Below are positions 57,267-64,000 of a stretch of DNA of 64,000 nt, one piece after another. Source of the DNA: an uncultured Chloroflexia bacterium (GTDB taxonomy: Bacteria > Chloroflexota > Limnocylindria > Limnocylindrales > CSP1-4); assembly GCA_963828165.1 (NCBI GenBank), contig CAWHDR010000001.1:256001-320000 (forward strand), written 5' to 3'. How positions within the stretch are numbered: position 1 is the first letter of the stretch; each line of letters opens with the position of its first letter. The translations under genes and the position numbers were made by a program. Below the pieces are notes generated by a model. The model saw nothing but the letters and a program-made list of their open reading frames with translations. It searched no databases and had not been told where the DNA came from.

Positions 57267-58286
57267 TCAGCCGCCGTTCGAGGCGGAGTCGAGCGTCTTT
57301 GCGTCCCACGATGCGAGTGCCACGCGCAGCTTCGCTCCGACCGCCGGATCGGCGATCGCGCCACCGACCTCGTCCAGGCCGAGCAACGCGGCCCCCGCGA
57401 CGGGCGGCGCCTTCGTTCGCACCAGCCGCGCTCGCCGGGCGATCGCCTGCACGCCGGCCTCGATCCGGAGGCGAAACGCCTCGTCGGCTGTTCGGAAGAC
57501 TCCGCCGCCCAGGACCACCTCGGGATCGGTGCGGGCGAGCCGGAGTCGCCGCATCATCGCGCCGGCCATCGCGACGACCTCATCGGCAAGGCGATCGACG
57601 ATCGCGCGCGCCGCCTCGTCCCCCTCCATCGCCGCTGCGAACACGACCGGGGAGAGCTCGCCGATGCGCCGTTGCGAAACGCGGCCGTGGTACATCGCCA
57701 TCGTCAGGGCCCGTGGCGTGCCAAGCCCGAAATGCCCAGGCACGGTCCGCTCCAGGACCGTTCGAGGCCCACGGCCATCGCGCGCACGAACGGCCGCCGC
57801 GAGTCCCCCCCAGCCGACGTCCGTCGCCCCGCCCCAGTCCCCGGAGATGTTTCCCAGCGCGTCCAGCCGGGCGGTACGGCCGTCGGGCGCGACCCCGGCC
57901 GCATTGACGCCCTGGCCGCAGATCACGACCACGCCCCAGCCCCGGTCCGTGCCGGCGCGCAAGGCCGCGAACGTATCGTTACGAAGCAGGTCGGTCCGCG
58001 CGAAATCGCCTGCTGAGAGTCGCCCGGTCAGCTCGCGGACGTCGGCGGGCGTATCGGCACCGGCAAGACAGTACACGCCGACATCGGCGCGATCCGCGTC
58101 CCGCACGCCGGCGGTGGCATAGGCCTGGGCGACCAGTGCGGACATTCGCTGCATCCCCGCATCCCCACCGACCTGCTGGTGGGACGTGGTCTCGCCCCGG
58201 ACCGCGGCAAGCAGGCGCCCGTCTCCATCGACCAATGCCACGTCGGTCTTCGAGTTCCCGCCATCGACGGCCAGGACCAGCGTCAC
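57267..58286 (-). CDS. BadF/BadG-type sugar kinase (GlcNAc/GlcN kinase-like)
   Basis: VDGGNSKT, LAGAD, ND, CGQG.N, SGDWGG, LGGG. Confidence 0.88.
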   Translation of the reverse strand: MTLVLAVDGGNSKTDVALVDGDGRLLAAVRGETTSHQQVGGDAGMQRMSALVAQAYATAGVRDADRADVGVYCLAGADTPADVRELTGRLSAGDFARTDLLRNDTFAALRAGTDRGWGVVVICGQGVNAAGVAPDGRTARLDALGNISGDWGGATDVGWGGLAAAVRARDGRGPRTVLERTVPGHFGLGTPRALTMAMYHGRVSQRRIGELSPVVFAAAMEGDEAARAIVDRLADEVVAMAGAMMRRLRLARTDPEVVLGGGVFRTADEAFRLRIEAGVQAIARRARLVRTKAPPVAGAALLGLDEVGGAIADPAVGAKLRVALASWDAKTLDSASNGG

Positions 58287-58879
58287 GGCAAGGCGTCCAG
58301 CCGCACGAACTCGCCGTCCCGCGCGCGTACGTCATCGATGATCGCCGACAGCGCGAGGCTTGTCGCGGTCGTCCATGGATGGAGGAGGATCACGGCGCCG
58401 TCGCCATGGGCCATCGCCGCGCCCACGGCCTCCTGCGCGACGCCACGACCGGTCGCGGCGCTTCGCCAGTCGAGCCCGTCGACGTCCCAGCGGGTCTCGC
58501 GATAGCCGAGTCGGTCCAGGGCGCGGAGGACGCCCGGTTCGTTCGTCCCGGCACCGAACGGACAGCGGAACCACGGCCGCGGGTCCCGTCCGGTCGTTCG
58601 CTGGATCGCCCGCTCCGCGGCCCGGACGTCCGCGGCGATTCCCCTCGGGGTCAGGAGCGACATACGGGCGTGGTAGTGCGAGTGGTTGCCTACGAGGTGT
58701 CCGCCGTCCGCGATCGAGCGAGCGAGGCCCGGATACGCCTCCGCCCACCGTCCCTGCAAGAAGAACGATGCCGTGATCCCCGCCGCGGCCAGCGTATCGA
58801 GGACCTTCTCGGTGCCACCGGGTCGATGGCGCCGGTCCGGGTGCTCCGCGTCGAAGGTAAGCGCCACGCGGACGCTCAC
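58283..58879 (-). CDS. Polysaccharide deacetylase (CE4/NodB), cytoplasmic
   Basis: ALTFD, GNHS.YH, FRCPFG, DW, ILLH. Confidence 0.88.
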   Translation of the reverse strand: MSVRVALTFDAEHPDRRHRPGGTEKVLDTLAAAGITASFFLQGRWAEAYPGLARSIADGGHLVGNHSHYHARMSLLTPRGIAADVRAAERAIQRTTGRDPRPWFRCPFGAGTNEPGVLRALDRLGYRETRWDVDGLDWRSAATGRGVAQEAVGAAMAHGDGAVILLHPWTTATSLALSAIIDDVRARDGEFVRLDALP

Positions 58880-59979
58880 TTCTCGACGCCGGTGATGACG
58901 ATGCCGCGGGTGAAGAACCGCTGGGTCAGCAGGAACGCGATCACGGGTATCACGAGGGTCATGAGCGTGCCGGCCTGGATGTACCCGGGTTCGCGGTAGT
59001 AGATGCCGTTAAATCGCTGCAGCCCTAGCGCGACCGTCTGGATCTCGGGCCTGCCGGCCGTGTACAGGAGCGGACCGAAGAAGTCGTTCCAGGAGTAGAC
59101 GAGATGGAACACGGCGACCGCGACGATAACCGGCCAGGCCTGCGGGATGACCACCGAGATCAGCGTCCGGAACGGGCCGGCACCGTCGATCGCCGCCGCC
59201 TCGTCCATCTCGGTCGGGATCGTCAAGAAGTACTGGCGCATCAGGAAGACGTCGTAAGCGTTCGCGAAGAACGCCGGGACCAGGAGGGGCAGCCAGGTCC
59301 CCACCCAACCGATCCGCTGGAACACCGTGTAGGTCGGGATGATCGTCACGGCCGCCGGAAGGAAGATCGTGGCGATCAGCAGGGTGAACAGCAGCCCGCG
59401 GCCGGGGAACCGAAACCGCGCGAAGCCATAGGCGACGAGGGTGCACGACAAGAGCGTGCCAATGGTCGAGACGACGGCGATGAACACGGTGTTGAACAGC
59501 AGGCGTGGATAGTCGATGAGGTCCCACACCGCGGCGAAGTTCTCGAAGTGCGGCGCGAACACCCAGACGGGTTCCAGGGTCCGCCACGATCCCTCCCACA
59601 CGATCGGCGCCGCGTCCGGTGCGGCGGGGTCCACGAATGTGCTCTGCCGGCGCAGCGGTTCGAGCAGCGCGAGCTGGCGGGTGGTCCCGTCCGGCATCGG
59701 GACATTCATGACGGTCAGCTCCTCCCCGCCGTAGGAGAACGTCACGGGATCAGCGGGATACAGGGGGCCGTGCGCCTGGGTGATCTGCTCCAAGCTCTTC
59801 ACCGAATAGGCCACGGAGCGGAGCATCGGGGAGAGGAAGGCCGCCAGGGCCAGGACCGCGATCAGCGTGACCAGGAACGACCTGCTGCTGTCGCCGCGCT
59901 CACGAGGCGGTCGGCTGCCCTCCGCCACGCGTCCGCGCCGCCGCAGGATCCCGCGGCGAGGGATCGAGAGCGCCGTCAT
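58876..59979 (-). CDS. Carbohydrate ABC permease (MalG-like)
   Basis: EMDEAAAIDGAG, WNDFFGPL. Confidence 0.93.
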   Translation of the reverse strand: MTALSIPRRGILRRRGRVAEGSRPPRERGDSSRSFLVTLIAVLALAAFLSPMLRSVAYSVKSLEQITQAHGPLYPADPVTFSYGGEELTVMNVPMPDGTTRQLALLEPLRRQSTFVDPAAPDAAPIVWEGSWRTLEPVWVFAPHFENFAAVWDLIDYPRLLFNTVFIAVVSTIGTLLSCTLVAYGFARFRFPGRGLLFTLLIATIFLPAAVTIIPTYTVFQRIGWVGTWLPLLVPAFFANAYDVFLMRQYFLTIPTEMDEAAAIDGAGPFRTLISVVIPQAWPVIVAVAVFHLVYSWNDFFGPLLYTAGRPEIQTVALGLQRFNGIYYREPGYIQAGTLMTLVIPVIAFLLTQRFFTRGIVITGVEK

Positions 59980-60923
59980 CGCGCTTCACCCGCGTAGTAG
60001 ACCCAGCGCCGGGCCGTCCCGAACAGGATGAGCGTGATGGCCAGCGTGATCAGGAACAGGAGCCAAGCGAGCGTCGCCCCATACGACATGTTCTGGAAGG
60101 TGAAGAAGTTCTTGTACAGGTACAGGTTGTAGAACATCGTCGAGCCGCCCGGCTCCCCCGTGCCGTCCTGGAGCACCAGCGGGACGAGGAAGTACTGCAT
60201 GACCTCCACGACCGACAAGACGATCGTGTAGAAGATGACCGGGGTCAGCATCGGGATCGTGATGTGGCGCAGCGACGCCAACGCTCCTGCCCCGTCGATC
60301 CGGGCGGCCTCGTACAGATCCGTGGGAATCCCTTTCAGCCCGGCCAAATAGACGATCATCCCGGCCCCGATGCCCCAAACGCCGATCAGGGCGAGGCCCG
60401 GGTAGACCCAGCCGGGATCCTCCAGCCACGGCGGCGGGTTCTCGACACCGACCGCCTGAAGGGCGAGGTTGATCCAGCCGGTGCTCGGGTTGAGCATCCC
60501 GCCCCAGATGAAGACGCCCGCCACGAACGGCACGACGTAGGGCAGGAAGAACAGGACCCGGAAGCCGCTCGAGCCGAACAGGTGCCGGGAATGGAGCAGC
60601 AGCGCCACGAGGAGCGGCAGGATCACCGCCACGGGCAGCGCGAGCGCGGCGAATTTCAGCGTGATGGCGAGCGAATCCCAGACCTGCTGATCCTTGAACA
60701 GCTTCTCGTAGTTCTTCAGGCCGACGAACGTCAGCGGTTCGGCCTGGGCGAGGTTGATGTTGGTGAACGAGAAAACCAGCGTGGCGATCATCGGGATGGC
60801 CGTGAAGGCCAGGAACCCGATCAGCCACGGCGCGATGAAGGCGTAGCCCCAGCGTGCGCGCCGCCAGCCCAGTCCGGAGAAGCGAGGCTGTCGTGGCGGT
60901 CGCGCCACGCTGAGGTTGGCCAT
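59976..60923 (-). CDS. Carbohydrate ABC permease (MalF-like)
   Basis: LYEAARIDGA..ITIPM. Confidence 0.93.
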   Translation of the reverse strand: MANLSVARPPRQPRFSGLGWRRARWGYAFIAPWLIGFLAFTAIPMIATLVFSFTNINLAQAEPLTFVGLKNYEKLFKDQQVWDSLAITLKFAALALPVAVILPLLVALLLHSRHLFGSSGFRVLFFLPYVVPFVAGVFIWGGMLNPSTGWINLALQAVGVENPPPWLEDPGWVYPGLALIGVWGIGAGMIVYLAGLKGIPTDLYEAARIDGAGALASLRHITIPMLTPVIFYTIVLSVVEVMQYFLVPLVLQDGTGEPGGSTMFYNLYLYKNFFTFQNMSYGATLAWLLFLITLAITLILFGTARRWVYYAGEAR

Positions 60924-60926
60924 GGA

Positions 60927-62417
60927 TCAGCTGCCGCCCGCGTCCCAGACGCCCTGCATCTCGGCGCGCATCGCCTCGATCTCGGCGTTCAGGTCGAGTC
61001 CGGGCGTCGTCTGCCACTTGGTCCCGTACTTGCTCAGCAAGTCGAGCGTCTGGTTGTACGCCGGCATGAACGATTCGAAGTTGGGCACGTCGGCGAATGC
61101 GACGCCGTCCTTCGCGACCTTCGTGTCGATCCCTTGCGTGTAGTCGGCGAACTGCGCCGTCAGGAACGCGTCCTGCTTCGATTCCACGGCAGGCATCCCG
61201 CCATAGAGTGCGAGCAGGTCCTCGTTGCTAAGGAGGTACAGGAGCACCTCGAATGCCTGGTCCGGATTCTTGCTCGCCTTCATGATCCGCCACGTGTCGG
61301 CATTGAAGGCGGCCGTCGTCTGGCCCTGGTAGGACGGGGTCGCGGCCATGTTCCAGTCGTCACCGGCGTCCGACACGCAATATGTCGACCAGAGGTAATT
61401 GGTGCTCATCGCGACCTTGCCGGCGCAGAACGGATAGCCCGCCGGATTGATGTCGGTCGTCTCGAAGATCGGACCGGTCATGCTGAAGTGGTCCGTCCAG
61501 ATGCCGTCGTAGAAGTGCTTCCACGCCGCCGCCCATGGTGCGGGGATCTCGACGGTCTTGCCGTCGGCCGCCATGAACGAGCCGGCCCCGAAGTAGGCAC
61601 CGGTCTGACGCAGGTCGTCACGCTGCGGCTCGAAACCCCATTGCACGATCTTTTCCGGATCGAAGCCTGCCTCGGTCGCGTCAGCGCCGTTCTCGTCCAC
61701 GGTCAGGATCTTGGCGATCTCGCGGACGGTGTCGTAGTCCCACGGACGCTTGGAACCGTCCGGCATCGTGTACTCACTGTTCCACGCATGCGGCGGCTCG
61801 GCGAGACCGGCCTCCTTGAACATGTCGGCCTTGTAGAACAACACGGACGGATAGACCGCGTACGGGATGCCGAGCTGGCCTTCGCCCCCGGCGTTGTACA
61901 GGTCAACGGTCGACTCGGGGAACTGGCCCATGTCGAAGCCGGCTTTGTCGATGTGCGGCTGCAGGTCGAGCCACTGGCCGTGGAATGCCTCGGCACCGCC
62001 GATTCCCACGGGGCCGACGATGTCGGGACCATTGCCCGCGGCGAGCTGCGTGGACAGGGCGTCGCGTGCGCCCTGGTAGATGAACCCTTCGAACTGCAGA
62101 TGGATGCCCTCGTGCGAGGCATTGAAGTCCTCGGTCACCTTGAGCTCCACCTCGACCTGCTCGGGTGCGTCACCCGTACCGAGGCAGCAATACCAGCGGA
62201 TCACCACGTCGCCTGGGTCGGGCTGGGAGCCCGTGACCGGCAACGGCGTCGAGACCGGCGCAGTCGATGCCGAGGCGTCGGCCGAGGCGTCCGCAGACCC
62301 GGCGGGCGCGGGCGAACCAGTCGGCGTAACGGTGCTGGGGGTAGTTCCTCCACAGGCACCAGCCAGCAGGGCCAGTACCGAGACCAGGACGGCGATCCGC
62401 CCGAACGTTGGTTGCAT
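60927..62417 (-). CDS. Carbohydrate ABC substrate-binding lipoprotein
   Basis: GGAGGAG RBS; lipobox LAGAC; Ser/Thr/Pro linker. Confidence 0.9.
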   Translation of the reverse strand: MQPTFGRIAVLVSVLALLAGACGGTTPSTVTPTGSPAPAGSADASADASASTAPVSTPLPVTGSQPDPGDVVIRWYCCLGTGDAPEQVEVELKVTEDFNASHEGIHLQFEGFIYQGARDALSTQLAAGNGPDIVGPVGIGGAEAFHGQWLDLQPHIDKAGFDMGQFPESTVDLYNAGGEGQLGIPYAVYPSVLFYKADMFKEAGLAEPPHAWNSEYTMPDGSKRPWDYDTVREIAKILTVDENGADATEAGFDPEKIVQWGFEPQRDDLRQTGAYFGAGSFMAADGKTVEIPAPWAAAWKHFYDGIWTDHFSMTGPIFETTDINPAGYPFCAGKVAMSTNYLWSTYCVSDAGDDWNMAATPSYQGQTTAAFNADTWRIMKASKNPDQAFEVLLYLLSNEDLLALYGGMPAVESKQDAFLTAQFADYTQGIDTKVAKDGVAFADVPNFESFMPAYNQTLDLLSKYGTKWQTTPGLDLNAEIEAMRAEMQGVWDAGGS

Positions 62418-62467
62418 GCGCGTACTCCTCCGTCTGCGACGACCGTTCGATGGGTTGCTCGACGTTG

Positions 62468-63262
62468 TCACCGACTCGCCCCTCCTCCGCGTGTGATCGC
62501 CTCCGCTTGGTGCGACCAGCTCGGCCGCTCGACGTCGCGATCGACGTAGTAGCGCGAGCGATCGCCGCGCACGAACGTCCGACCGAACTCGACCGCCGTG
62601 TCATCGGCGGCGAATGCGACGCCTTCGATCAGGAGGGCCGCGGCGCCCCGGCGCTGGCCCAGCAGGGCGGCCTCGCGGGTCCGCAAGTGGACAGGCTCGA
62701 GGGCCTCTCGAGCGCGGACCACCGGCGTGTCGTAGCGGGTCGCCATCAGCTCGTACAGCGAGGCATGCTCGAGGTCGCTCGCGAGCAAGCCCGGAAATCG
62801 CTCGGCGGGGAGATGGACCTGCTCGAGGAGATACGGCTCACCGCCCGCCAGCCGGAGCCGCTCGAGGTAGAGCGTGGGCGAACCCGCCTCGAGCCCCAAC
62901 GCCGCGGCGACCGAGACCGTGGCCGACTCGGGACGCGCCGAGATCAGGCGGGTCTGGGGGTCGAGGCCGCGTTCCTGCATCTCGTCGGCGAAACTGGCGC
63001 GGCTGGCGATGTCGCGCTCGAGGCGCGGTCGGAGGACGAACGTGCCGCGGCCGCGGGTGCGCTCGATGCGCCCCTGCTGGACGAGCTCCCCTAGCGCTCG
63101 GCGGACCGTGATCAGGCTCACGCCGTAGTGGCGAGCCAGCTCACGCTCCGGCGGGAGGCGGTCGCCCGGCTGCCACGTCCCGTCGTCCAGGGATTCGCGC
63201 AGGTCGAGATAGACCTGGTGGTGCATCGGTACGGGGCCGAGCGAGAGGCGGAAACGGGCCAT
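62468..63262 (-). CDS. GntR family regulator with UTRA domain (HutC/DasR/NagR subfamily)
   Basis: LPPERELA..VS.ITVRRAL..RGRGTFV; SLYE; RGDR. Confidence 0.93.
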   Translation of the reverse strand: MARFRLSLGPVPMHHQVYLDLRESLDDGTWQPGDRLPPERELARHYGVSLITVRRALGELVQQGRIERTRGRGTFVLRPRLERDIASRASFADEMQERGLDPQTRLISARPESATVSVAAALGLEAGSPTLYLERLRLAGGEPYLLEQVHLPAERFPGLLASDLEHASLYELMATRYDTPVVRAREALEPVHLRTREAALLGQRRGAAALLIEGVAFAADDTAVEFGRTFVRGDRSRYYVDRDVERPSWSHQAEAITRGGGASR

Positions 63263-63316
63263 CGTGACTGGCGGCTCCTCGAGGTCGGACGGGAAGGACC
63301 AGGGTTGCGCGGTCCG

Positions 63317-63344
63317 CGATTGCTGATAACGTTATAAGCAATCG
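63317..63344. promoter_or_regulatory. 28-bp palindromic operator between gntR and GH4
   Basis: CGATTGCTGATAACGTTATAAGCAATCG (13 of 14 pairs); minus-strand TTGACA adjacent at 63345-63350. Confidence 0.75.
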
Positions 63345-63388
63345 TGTCAAGTCCCCGGCCCCTCGGGCTTGACGGAATGGGAGGGTGG

Positions 63389-64000
63389 ATGGGCACCAGG
63401 GTCACCGTCGTCGGCGGCGGCAGCACCTATACCCCGGAGCTGGTCGACGGCTTCGTGCGACGCGCGGACCGCCTCCCCATCGACGAGCTCGTCCTGCTCG
63501 ACACGGACCCTGACCGGCTCCACGTCGTCGGCGGCCTCGCACAGCGCATGCTCGACCGTCTCGACTGGACCGGCCGCCTGCAGCTGACCGGCGATCGGGA
63601 CGCGGCGGTCGACGGCGCGGACTTCGTGCTGTTCCAGCTGCGGGTCGGTGGCCAGGCCGCGCGGCTCGTCGACGAGACGCTCCCCCTCCGATTCGGGGTC
63701 ATCGGCCAGGAGACGACTGGCGCGGGTGGCTTCGCGAAGGCGATGCGCACGGTCCCGGTCGTGCTCGACCTCGCCGAACTGGTCGCCCGCCGCTCGGCGC
63801 CGGACGCCTGGATCATCGACTTCACGAACCCGGTCGGCATCGTCACCCAGGCCCTCATCGATGACGGGCACCGGGCGATCGGGCTGTGCAACGTCGGCAT
63901 CAACCTGCAGCGCCGGATGGCCACGCTCTTCGACGTCGGGCCGGAACGGGTCGAGCTGGAGCATGTCGGGCTCAACCACCTGACCTGGGAGCGGGCGGTC
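63389..64000 (+). CDS. GH4 6-phospho-beta-glucosidase-like hydrolase (3'-truncated by window edge)
   Basis: Translated by hand: MGTRVTVVGGGSTYTPEL, GQETTGAGG, DFTNP, GLCN, GLNH. Confidence 0.93.
   Translation, partial: MGTRVTVVGGGSTYTPELVDGFVRRADRLPIDELVLLDTDPDRLHVVGGLAQRMLDRLDWTGRLQLTGDRDAAVDGADFVLFQLRVGGQAARLVDETLPLRFGVIGQETTGAGGFAKAMRTVPVVLDLAELVARRSAPDAWIIDFTNPVGIVTQALIDDGHRAIGLCNVGINLQRRMATLFDVGPERVELEHVGLNHLTWERAV

Overview
High-GC bacterial chromosomal window. Gene content (many lipoproteins with Ser/Ala/Pro-rich linkers, several apparently leaderless genes) suggests a monoderm soil or sediment organism such as Chloroflexota or Actinomycetota; this is inference. No rRNA, tRNA, CRISPR array, transposase or integrase was recognised. 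Layout: (1) 1-10.1 kb, oxidative catabolic cluster (lactonase, two SDRs, sugar ABC transporter, amine dehydrogenase-like enzyme, enolase-superfamily enzyme, CoA transferase) with LacI-type boxes in three intergenic regions. (2) 10.1-21.2 kb, accessory patchwork with gene remnants, a TetR unit, a candidate structured RNA and an ECF56/SigG-like sigma factor flanked by two matching promoters. (3) An orphan poly-HAMP kinase. (4) 24.6-38.9 kb, galactose-glycan utilisation locus bracketed by galT and galK. (5) M24-fold protein, DUF2723 glycosyltransferase, dynamin-like GTPase pair, GGDEF/EAL protein, FtsH paralogue. (6) msrA carrying a 1358-bp integrase-less insert that replaced the 3' end of the gene. 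(7) A GntR-controlled amino-sugar oligomer locus with GH4. Many start codons were moved from the ORF track using RBS, -10 or overlap evidence. Family calls come from motif recognition, not database searches.
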